This document shows, piece by piece, positions 8,691-16,227 of a stretch of DNA of 20,000 bases. The position numbers and the translations under genes are program-made. The DNA lies in IMG/VR virus record IMGVR_UViG_3300042987_001178; one strand, 5' to 3'. How positions within the stretch are numbered: position 1 is the stretch's first letter; each line of letters begins with the position of its first letter. Source of the DNA: an uncultured virus (IMG/VR IMGVR_UViG_3300042987_001178) (taxonomy: Duplodnaviria; Heunggongvirae; Uroviricota; Caudoviricetes). The notes under the pieces are model-generated. The model saw only the letters and a list, made by a program, of their open reading frames with translations, searched no databases and was not told the origin of the DNA.

Positions 8691-9502
8691 AATACAATAT
8701 GTCCATACGCACGTACGATACTTTCAGGTATCATTGCACGGTAAGGATTTGCTTCCTTTCTAATCTCTTCTCTAATAGTATGCATTCTATTTCCAACAAC
8801 TTTATCGTCATAAGACATACCATTAACTTTAAATTGATTCAAGCTTTTTAAATTATGATTAAATCTAGGTATTTCTAAAAAATCATATATTTTATTTATT
8901 TGGTTTTCTGTATCATTTACAAGTTCATCATATTTAAGAAAATGACACATATGTTTATTTTCTGGTCTTAATGCATTTTGAATTGCAATAAGATCTTTAG
9001 CAATTGCACCATCAATGTTCATTAGCATAAAAAGCTTTTCTTCTATTGTTTTCTTTCCATATTTATTAGGAAATGCGGAAGGTTCTGTTTCAAACCATTT
9101 AACATAAGATGCAAGAACATCTAATAAATCTCTCCAAATAACGATACATTTAATTGGTTGACCTAGGTGTTGTTTCATTAACATTAGATTTCCTGGTGTC
9201 ATTACAGGACCTCTATCTATGATATACTTATAATTCCAATCTTTATAATAAGAATTGTAGACTGTTGATAATACGTTATCTAATGATTTATGATCTGGAT
9301 AGTTTTGAAATACGTCAGTTTCTTTAAGAAGATAAATATCTTTCATTATTTCTAATGTAATAGAATTAGCAGTCACTGCTATATCTGGATTTTGGTTCAT
9401 AATAGAACCAAATAATGTATTACCGGATCTTGGTAGCGCTAATAAAAAGAATATCTTTTTATGAGGATTGCTTACCAAATGGTAATTGTTCTTTCTTATC
9501 AT
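8687..9502 (-). CDS. PAPS-dependent sulfotransferase (Sulfotransfer_3-like)
   Basis: 5'-PSB loop LPRSGNTL, 3'-PB motif WRDLLDVLASY, and KYDELV...IYDFL. Start uncertain (TTG 9508, ATG 9502 or further downstream). Confidence 0.85.
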   Translation of the reverse strand: MIRKNNYHLVSNPHKKIFFLLALPRSGNTLFGSIMNQNPDIAVTANSITLEIMKDIYLLKETDVFQNYPDHKSLDNVLSTVYNSYYKDWNYKYIIDRGPVMTPGNLMLMKQHLGQPIKCIVIWRDLLDVLASYVKWFETEPSAFPNKYGKKTIEEKLFMLMNIDGAIAKDLIAIQNALRPENKHMCHFLKYDELVNDTENQINKIYDFLEIPRFNHNLKSLNQFKVNGMSYDDKVVGNRMHTIREEIRKEANPYRAMIPESIVRAYGHIVL

Positions 9503-10133
9503 TTCCAAGTTGTTTCTCTTTCTTTATTCTGTCTATTGTATCTACTTGTGAAAGTACATTGAATACTTCAGCTTGTGAAGATCCTGGTGTAATTGAATTC
9601 TTTTTATGTTCCATGATTTGAGCTAAAGATTCAAATTGATGCGTATTAACATTTTTAGTGTCAAATGAACCATCATCATATTCAGCTTTAAATTTAGACC
9701 ATAGTTTAATTTCTCGCAGACGATCTTTTGCAACAAGTTCCATATTTGCTTTACCATAAATCTTTTCATCTAAATCTATTTGATAAAGTTCTCGTTTATA
9801 TTCATCTGTTTCTGTTTCTAATTTCTTTTGTAACCATTTAATCTTTGCTTCATTACGTCTGTAATCAAAAGATAAAGACATTAAATTTTCAAGAAATACG
9901 TTTTGTTCTCTAACACATTGCCAATATTTAGAAGCTCGTGTTGGATAACGACCATCATCTAAAACAGCAACTTTCATTTCTGTTTCAGTTCTGAATATTT
10001 GTTTTTTAGTCCAAGTATCACGAAGTTCTTCAACCATTGATTTAAATGATTTTAAATCTTCAGTTTCAAGTAAGTTATTTAAATGAACTTCTTCTTGTTG
10101 TATTAAGCTCTTAATATTTCTCTTCTCTGTCAT
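9459..10133 (-). CDS. Helical/coiled-coil hypothetical protein
   Basis: 224 aa, charged heptad-like segments, aromatic motif YPTRASKYWQCVREQ; no SD before the ATG. Confidence 0.7.
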   Translation of the reverse strand: MTEKRNIKSLIQQEEVHLNNLLETEDLKSFKSMVEELRDTWTKKQIFRTETEMKVAVLDDGRYPTRASKYWQCVREQNVFLENLMSLSFDYRRNEAKIKWLQKKLETETDEYKRELYQIDLDEKIYGKANMELVAKDRLREIKLWSKFKAEYDDGSFDTKNVNTHQFESLAQIMEHKKNSITPGSSQAEVFNVLSQVDTIDRIKKEKQLGNDKKEQLPFGKQSS

Positions 10134-10140
10134 TAGAGAT

Positions 10141-10169
10141 GATATAAGCTTTTATTATGATGTTGTCAA
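10141..10169 (-). promoter_or_regulatory. Sigma70-like promoter, possibly giving a leaderless transcript of the 224-aa gene and the modification cassette
   Basis: Perfect TTGACA (10164-10169, within codons Leu-Thr of the upstream gene), 17 nt spacer, TATATC (10141-10146), 7 nt, ATG. Confidence 0.55.
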
Positions 10170-11996
10170 GGTTTTGGAATTAGCTGTTGCTACTTCGCCT
10201 GTCCATCTTTCTGTTGCTGATGAATTTGCAGCACCTGTAAATCCACCTGCTGCTAAACCTGCTGTTTGAATACCTGATCCACCAGCAGTGCTTCTTGCTG
10301 TTGCCATAGATGGTAAATTTGTCCAAACGGATCCATTCCAAGATTCTGTTGCTCCTGTAATTGCGGTAGATGTTTCTCCACCAGCAGCAATAGCTGCTGT
10401 TTGTGTACCTATTGCACATACAGCATATCTAGCAGTTCCTAAACTATTTACTGCAGTCCAAGCAGAACCATTCCAAGACTCTGTTGCTCCACTAATAGAT
10501 CCATTATACCTTGAAATAGCTAAAGCAGCAGTTTGAGTTCCTGTTCCACTTACATATCCACTTGTTCCTAAACTAGCAGGATTTGTTGTCCAAGTTGATC
10601 CATTAAAAGATTCTGTTGATCCATAATATGTAGCTGGAATATTAAAACCACCAAAAGCTAAAGTGGCTGTTTGTAATCCTGCTGATCCTAAATTTCTTCT
10701 CGCTGTATTTAATCCTGTTGGATTAGAAGTCCAAGCTGTACCATTCCATAATTCTGTTGCTGCTGAACTTGCATTAGGAGGATTAATTGCACCACCAAAT
10801 GCTACGGATGAAGTTTGGGTTCCAGCTCCACCAAGTCTTCTTCTTGCAGTATTCATGGAATTAACTGAAGTCCATGAAGATCCATTATAAGATTCTGTTG
10901 CTGATATATCTACTGTTGTAAATCCACCAAAAATTAATGAAGCAGTTTGAGTTCCTGATCCAGCTCCAGCTCCTTGTCGTCTCGCCGTATTTAGATTCCC
11001 GCCGCTCGCCCAGGCAGCTGCGCTGTAAGAATAGACACCGAAGTTCCATTCATCTGTTATTGATGATGCGGCAGTAGTATAACCACCAGCTACAAAACCA
11101 GCTGTTTGAGTTCCAGTTGTTCCAATTGTTCTATATCCACCTGCTGTTGGTGTAGCAGTTGTAGCTGTCCAACTAGTTCCATTCCAAGATTCTGTAGATG
11201 TAACATATCCTGTTACTATAGATCCATTTGCTGCTATTGCTGCTGTTTGAATTCCAAAACCTGCTAAAGAATCTCTAGCTTGATTCATTGAATTTACTGA
11301 AGTCCATGAAGTACCATTATAAGATTCTGTTGCTGCTGAATAAGGTGGTGATGCAGGTGAGTTTCCGCCAAAAGCTAATGCAGAGGTATTAGAAGCTCCT
11401 GCTCCAGCTAAATATCCTCTTGCTGTGTTTAAACTTGGTGTGTTAGTCCAACTTGTACCATTATAAGATTCAGATGATGATATAGATCCGTGACCTCCAA
11501 AAGCTAAAGCTGATGTTTGTATACCAGCATTACCTCTATATCTTGTAGAAGCACTAGTTGTATTTCCTGTTGTCCAAGATGTTCCATTCCATTTTTCTGT
11601 AGCATTAGAACTTGTTCCTGGAATATCTAATCTTCCATCAACAGCAAGTCCAGCTGTTTGAGTTCCAATACCTCCAACTCTACTTCTAGCAGTATTCATA
11701 CTATTAACTGCTGTCCAAGCTATTCCATTATATGCTTCTGTTGTTGTAACTGGTGATCCTGGTTGTGTTGATCCACCTAAAACTAGACCAGCTGTTTGAG
11801 TTCCTAATCCACCAAGACCATATCTTGCTGTTCCTAAATTTCCTCCCGCTGACCAAGTGCCAGTAGGAAGCCATGACTTTAATGTAGCCGTGGTTGAGTT
11901 ATACCACACCTGTCCATCTGAATTAGAATCAACGTACGTTGGGTCGGATGATAAAAAGTTGACTCGTCTTCCCGCTATTTCATTATAAGTAGTCAT
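10155..11996 (-). CDS. Kelch-like double beta-propeller protein (12 blades), putative receptor-binding/tail protein
   Basis: Twelve ~45-aa repeats G[TIL]QTA.L.FGG...TE[SA][WY]NG.SW..... NTAR; N-terminal SDP...GQVWYN anchor; C-terminal KTLTTS. Confidence 0.75.
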   Translation of the reverse strand: MTTYNEIAGRRVNFLSSDPTYVDSNSDGQVWYNSTTATLKSWLPTGTWSAGGNLGTARYGLGGLGTQTAGLVLGGSTQPGSPVTTTEAYNGIAWTAVNSMNTARSRVGGIGTQTAGLAVDGRLDIPGTSSNATEKWNGTSWTTGNTTSASTRYRGNAGIQTSALAFGGHGSISSSESYNGTSWTNTPSLNTARGYLAGAGASNTSALAFGGNSPASPPYSAATESYNGTSWTSVNSMNQARDSLAGFGIQTAAIAANGSIVTGYVTSTESWNGTSWTATTATPTAGGYRTIGTTGTQTAGFVAGGYTTAASSITDEWNFGVYSYSAAAWASGGNLNTARRQGAGAGSGTQTASLIFGGFTTVDISATESYNGSSWTSVNSMNTARRRLGGAGTQTSSVAFGGAINPPNASSAATELWNGTAWTSNPTGLNTARRNLGSAGLQTATLAFGGFNIPATYYGSTESFNGSTWTTNPASLGTSGYVSGTGTQTAALAISRYNGSISGATESWNGSAWTAVNSLGTARYAVCAIGTQTAAIAAGGETSTAITGATESWNGSVWTNLPSMATARSTAGGSGIQTAGLAAGGFTGAANSSATERWTGEVATANSKTLTTS

Positions 11997-12010
11997 CTAA
12001 AGTGAACTCC

Positions 12011-12301
12011 TTATGGTAAGTTTATAGCAGTAGGTCTTTGTCTATTTAAATTTGTTTTTTGGTCTTCTGGTAATGCATCATAAGCGGCTTGAGCTTTTGC
12101 AACTTCACCGTCAACAATTGCTTGTGCTTCGGCTTTAGTTTTTTCAACTCCTCTTTCAGCCAACCATAGAGCTCCTTTTTCAGTTGCGCCAATTACCCAA
12201 ACATCGCCTGGATAACCACGTAAGAAAAAGTTCTGTCTATCTTGCGCTGTAAAGAAATCTTTACCGTAATTAGATGCTACACCGTATATAAAAAGTGCCA
12301 T
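12011..12301 (-). CDS. Hypothetical protein, 96 aa, within the propeller cluster
   Basis: Strong SD (AAGGAG) and its own promoter; beta N-terminal half and helical C-terminal half. Confidence 0.75.
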   Translation of the reverse strand: MALFIYGVASNYGKDFFTAQDRQNFFLRGYPGDVWVIGATEKGALWLAERGVEKTKAEAQAIVDGEVAKAQAAYDALPEDQKTNLNRQRPTAINLP

Positions 12302-12321
12302 ATTTTGCTCCTTGGTTAGTT

Positions 12322-12350
12322 ATTATAAGTCAATTTATCCATAATGTAAA
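12322..12350 (-). promoter_or_regulatory. Near-consensus sigma70 promoter
   Basis: TTTACA (12345-12350), 17 nt spacer, TATAAT (12322-12327), then AAGGAG SD and ATG at 12301. It occupies the only ~50-nt gap in the propeller cluster. Confidence 0.75.
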
Positions 12351-14180
12351 CTAACTTGTTGTTAATGTTTTATAGTTTAAAGTCGTTGATGGGCCTGTGA
12401 ATTCTTCTGTGGCTGATGAAATACCCGGAGCTAAATATCCACCAAATCCTAAACCAGCAGCTTGTGTTCCTGCACCAGCCATAGCGTATCTTGATGTTCC
12501 AAGTCCTGTTGGATTAGAAGTCCAACTTGATCCATTCCATAATTCTGTTGCATTTGTAACTGGTGATCCACCAAAAGCAAGTCCTGATGTTTGTGTTCCA
12601 GTACCTGCTCTATTACCTTTAGCAGTATTTAATGAACCAACAGTTGTCCAACTTGTTCCATTCCAAGATTCTGTAGCATTTCCAGGACTTCCACCACCAA
12701 ACGCTAAAGCAGCAGTTTGTAAACCTAATCCTCCTATAGAAGTTCTTGCTGTATTTAATGAATTAACTGAAGTCCATGTTGAACCATTAAAAGATTCTGT
12801 TGCTGCTGTAACAGGAGCAGACGGTCTTGCATCACCTCCAAAAGCTAAAGCTGATGAACTGGAAGCACCTGCTCCAGCTAATAAAAATCTTGCTGTATTT
12901 AATCCAGTTGGATTATTTGTCCATGCTGTTCCATTAAATAATTCTGTAGAACTTGAAACAGCTCCGGCACCATTATCTCCACCTGCAGATATTGCAGATG
13001 TTTGTGTTCCTGCTCCCATTCCATATCTATGAGTAGCATTATTCATATTTGCAGGAGATGATGTCCAACTTGTACCATTATATAATTCTGTTGCTAAACT
13101 AGCTCCAGGACCTCCAGTTATTGAACCAGCAAATGCAATTGCTGAAGTTTGAGTTCCTCCTCCACCTAAACCATATCTTGCCGTATTTAACGCTCCACCA
13201 CTGCTCCAGGATCCAGCAACGGGGACAACGACTGAACGATCCCATTCTTCTGTTGCTGATGAAGCTGCTGTTGTATAACCACCAAATGCTAAACCTGCTG
13301 TTTGTGTACCAGATCCACCTAATGAAGTTCTTGCTGTAGTTAAAGAAATTGGAGAAGATGTCCAAGAAGTTCCATTATAAGTCTCTGTTGCTGCAGAAAC
13401 TGCTGTTATATATCCACCGAATCCTAAAGCTGCAGTTTGTGTTCCACAACCTGCTAATAGTCTTCTAGCAGTATTCATAGAATTTACAGAAGTCCAAGCA
13501 GAACCATTATAAGTTTCTGTAGCTGCTGTATTGTTAGTATTAGGTAATGAAGCATTTCCACCAAAAGCTAAAGCAGATGTTTGAGTTCCTGCACCACCTA
13601 ATTGTCTTCTAGAAGTGTTCATACTTGGAGTATTAGTCCATGCCGTTCCATTATAAGATTCAGAAACATTTGTTGCTGCTCCAGGAATAGAATTACTTCC
13701 TCCAAAACCTAAAGCTGCTGTTTGTAAACCAGCTGCAGCTAATTGATTTCTTGCTGTATTCATAGTAGCAGGTAAAGTTGTCCAAGCACTTCCATTCCAA
13801 GATTCTGTTGCAGCCGAATAAGTTGTTGTAACACCACCAAAAGCAAGACCAGCAGTATTTGTTCCAGCACCACCTAAAGTTCCTCTTCCAGTATTTAAAG
13901 TAGAAGTTGCTGTCCATGATGTACCATTATAAGATTCTGAATTAGTTCTAGCAGGATCTCCACCAAATGCTAAAGAAGCAGATTGAGTACCTATTCCTGT
14001 TAATTCTTGTCTAGCAGTATTTAAATTTCCACCAGAACTCCAAACACCATAAGAACCTAAAGCCGTCTTAAACGTGCCACTCGTTGAGTTATACCAGATT
14101 TGTCCTTCGGCGTCCGTGGATGTTGGGTCGGAAGCGACGTTCTGTACGTATTTACCAAAGAGTTCTTTATATGTTGTCAT
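12351..14180 (-). CDS. Kelch-like double beta-propeller protein (12 blades), putative receptor-binding/tail protein
   Basis: Twelve repeats with linker EEWDRSVVVPVAGSW after blade 6; SDP...EGQIWYN anchor; KTLTTS end; TAATG overlap with the upstream gene. Confidence 0.75.
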   Translation of the reverse strand: MTTYKELFGKYVQNVASDPTSTDAEGQIWYNSTSGTFKTALGSYGVWSSGGNLNTARQELTGIGTQSASLAFGGDPARTNSESYNGTSWTATSTLNTGRGTLGGAGTNTAGLAFGGVTTTYSAATESWNGSAWTTLPATMNTARNQLAAAGLQTAALGFGGSNSIPGAATNVSESYNGTAWTNTPSMNTSRRQLGGAGTQTSALAFGGNASLPNTNNTAATETYNGSAWTSVNSMNTARRLLAGCGTQTAALGFGGYITAVSAATETYNGTSWTSSPISLTTARTSLGGSGTQTAGLAFGGYTTAASSATEEWDRSVVVPVAGSWSSGGALNTARYGLGGGGTQTSAIAFAGSITGGPGASLATELYNGTSWTSSPANMNNATHRYGMGAGTQTSAISAGGDNGAGAVSSSTELFNGTAWTNNPTGLNTARFLLAGAGASSSSALAFGGDARPSAPVTAATESFNGSTWTSVNSLNTARTSIGGLGLQTAALAFGGGSPGNATESWNGTSWTTVGSLNTAKGNRAGTGTQTSGLAFGGSPVTNATELWNGSSWTSNPTGLGTSRYAMAGAGTQAAGLGFGGYLAPGISSATEEFTGPSTTLNYKTLTTS

Positions 14181-15154
14181 TATGATACCGTTATTGTTCT
14201 AGTTGCTAATCCTGTAAAAGATTCTGTTGCATTTGTTGCACCTGTTGTATAACCGCCAGATCCAATTCCCGCAGTTTGTGTTCCACCACGAGCTAAAGAT
14301 TGTCTTGCAGTTGTCATTGAAGTAACAGTTGTCCAAGAACTACCGTTCCAAGATTCTGTAGCACCAGAACTTGAAGGACCTACTGCACCTCCAAAAGCTA
14401 ATGCTGCTGTTTGAGTTCCTGATTGTCCACCTTGTAAACTAGCTCTTGCTGTGTTTAATGTTGCTGGTAAAGTTGTCCAACTTGTTCCATTCCATGATTC
14501 TGTTATTCCTTGAGGTGTTGAATTACCACCAAACGCTAAAGCAGCAGTTTGAATGCCAGTTCCACCTAAAGCAGCTCTTGCTGTATTCATAGAATTTACT
14601 GAAGTCCACGAAGATCCATTCCAAGATAATGTAACAGCAGTTGAATTACCTCCTGAATCAACTCCTCCAAAATATATTCCTGCTGTTTGAGTTCCTGCAG
14701 TTCCTGCTGCTCTATTACCTGATGGTAGACTTGTAGAATTCGTCCAACTTGTTCCGTTCCAAGATTCAACTGGAGTTGCTTCAACTGTAGTATATCCACC
14801 TGCTCCTAATGCTGCAGTTTGAGTTCCGAATGGACCTATTTGTCGTCTTGCTGTATTCATAGAATTTACTGAAGTCCATGATGAACCATTATAAGATTCT
14901 GTAGATGCAACTCTATTTGCTTGTGCCGGCCCTGTTTGTCCACCAAATACTAAATTAGCTGTTTGCGTACCTGCGCCAGCTAAAGAAAATCTAGAAGTAT
15001 TTAAATTTCCACCAGCTGACCAAGTATTAACAGCTCTATAACCTTTTAAAGTTCCACTAGAACTATTATACCAAATCTGACCTGTCTCTGGATTTGATGG
15101 ATCTGAAGATACTACTTGTATCGCTGTACCTCTTATTCCTTTAAAGGTTGTCAT
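14180..15154 (-). CDS. Kelch-like single beta-propeller protein (6 blades), putative receptor-binding/tail protein
   Basis: Six G[TI]QT repeats; SDP...GQIWYN anchor; RTITVS end; GGAGG SD. Confidence 0.75.
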   Translation of the reverse strand: MTTFKGIRGTAIQVVSSDPSNPETGQIWYNSSSGTLKGYRAVNTWSAGGNLNTSRFSLAGAGTQTANLVFGGQTGPAQANRVASTESYNGSSWTSVNSMNTARRQIGPFGTQTAALGAGGYTTVEATPVESWNGTSWTNSTSLPSGNRAAGTAGTQTAGIYFGGVDSGGNSTAVTLSWNGSSWTSVNSMNTARAALGGTGIQTAALAFGGNSTPQGITESWNGTSWTTLPATLNTARASLQGGQSGTQTAALAFGGAVGPSSSGATESWNGSSWTTVTSMTTARQSLARGGTQTAGIGSGGYTTGATNATESFTGLATRTITVS

Positions 15155-15166
15155 TTCAAACCTCCG

Positions 15167-16189
15167 TTAATTATTCTGTAACAGCCAACCTTGAGTATTG
15201 TCAACAAATACAAGTGTGAATCCTGCTCTTTCTGTTGCAACTGTTAAATCTGTTGCTGAACCTTGGATGGGCTTACCATTTCTTGCTACTGTAAAATTAT
15301 TAGTGTCAAATGTTCCAGCATAATCAATGAATGATACGAAATCTCCAATTGTAGGTGAAGATGGTAACGTTGCTGTGATTGTAGTTGAAGTTGTATCTAC
15401 AAAATATCCTTCTTTTGCAGTTACATTAAATGAAGAAGTTTTAACTGCTTGCCATGCTGCACCACCAGATACAGTTGCAAAAGATAAATTACCTGATCCA
15501 TCAGTTTGAATAACTTGATTTGCTGCACCTGATGTTGTTGGTAAATTTAATGTGAAAGAAGATGATACAGTTGTTGAAGCTCTTAATCCAACATATTGAC
15601 CACCTGATGTATCTTGGAATCTTACTTCAGATTGAGTTAATAAATTAATATTGCTTGAGAATGTTCCATTTAAAATTGTAACTGTTGTACCATCATATGT
15701 GAAATTTGTATTACCGGCAAAAGATCCAGCATTATTATATTGAACGTTAGTAGTTGCTCCACCTGGACTTGCTGCAGGTACTGCTGAAATAACTGAAGTT
15801 GTGGCTGGATCCACAATTACATAATTTTTAGAACCCGTTGCAATAGATACTGTTGTAGAACCTCCTGATGAAATAGTAGCAGTTGCTCCTGAATTATTTA
15901 TAATTACATAATCTTTTTCTATATTTGGAACGGATACTGTAACGGTTGTTGCAGATAATGCTCCTGATAAAATAATTGTTTTATTTCTTCCAGCTTCATC
16001 TGTAAAAGTTGTAGAAGTTGCATTTGATGTAAATGCTAATGTTGTATTGCCTGTTAGTGTTATTGTTACAACACCAGCGATTGCATTATCTATTTCTTGT
16101 AAATTGACGTTTGTAAGGTCTCCCCATGTTCCAGAGTTTTCACCGGTCGCTTGTAGGTTTAAACCTAAATTACTAAATGTACTTGCCAT
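15167..16189 (-). CDS. Tail-fibre/hub protein with a C-terminal T4 gp9/gp10/gp34-like docking domain
   Basis: N-terminal virion-attachment-type segment (ATGENSGTWG...NL..ID.AI); fibre motifs VQYNNAGSFAG and QVIQTDGSGNLSF; C-terminal GYFVDT...TLPSSPTIGDFVSFID..GTF.TNN.TV.RNG..I.G...QGW domain. Domain identity is from recall. Confidence 0.65.
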   Translation of the reverse strand: MASTFSNLGLNLQATGENSGTWGDLTNVNLQEIDNAIAGVVTITLTGNTTLAFTSNATSTTFTDEAGRNKTIILSGALSATTVTVSVPNIEKDYVIINNSGATATISSGGSTTVSIATGSKNYVIVDPATTSVISAVPAASPGGATTNVQYNNAGSFAGNTNFTYDGTTVTILNGTFSSNINLLTQSEVRFQDTSGGQYVGLRASTTVSSSFTLNLPTTSGAANQVIQTDGSGNLSFATVSGGAAWQAVKTSSFNVTAKEGYFVDTTSTTITATLPSSPTIGDFVSFIDYAGTFDTNNFTVARNGKPIQGSATDLTVATERAGFTLVFVDNTQGWLLQNN

Positions 16190-16198
16190 ATTAAATTC

Positions 16199-16227
16199 TC
16201 CATATCACTTTTATTAAGTTATATCAA
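16199..16227 (-). promoter_or_regulatory. Possible promoter/RBS for the tail-fibre module
   Basis: TTGATA (16222-16227, within the last codons of the upstream gene), 17 nt spacer ending TGA, TATGGA; the GGAG SD overlaps the -10. Confidence 0.35.

Larger units (their letters stand above)
10155..15154 (-). repeat. Dispersed degenerate coding repeat array (~135 nt unit, 30 copies) across three paralogues
   Basis: Exact 33-nt duplication at 14576-14608 and 14846-14878; exact 27-nt duplication at 12693-12719 and 14525-14551; 44/48 match at 10713-10760 vs 12504-12551. Confidence 0.9.

Noticed and set aside
10288..13339. Plus-strand ORFs 10288-10536, 10663-10890, 12397-13032 and 13121-13339
   Set aside because: Antisense shadows of the repetitive Ala/Gly/Thr-rich genes; no independent signals and opposite to all other genes.
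10180..14799. Alternate-frame minus-strand ORFs 10180-10419, 13099-13365, 13693-13917 and 14596-14799
   Set aside because: Out-of-frame readings fully nested in the propeller genes, with implausible composition; no slippery site noticed.
10155..15154. CRISPR array or diversity-generating retroelement
   Set aside because: The repeats are degenerate and in-frame coding. I saw no cas or reverse transcriptase gene and no ~100-nt template/variable pair differing only at adenines. The GC3 patches include T>C as well as A>G type changes. A DGR elsewhere in the genome cannot be excluded.
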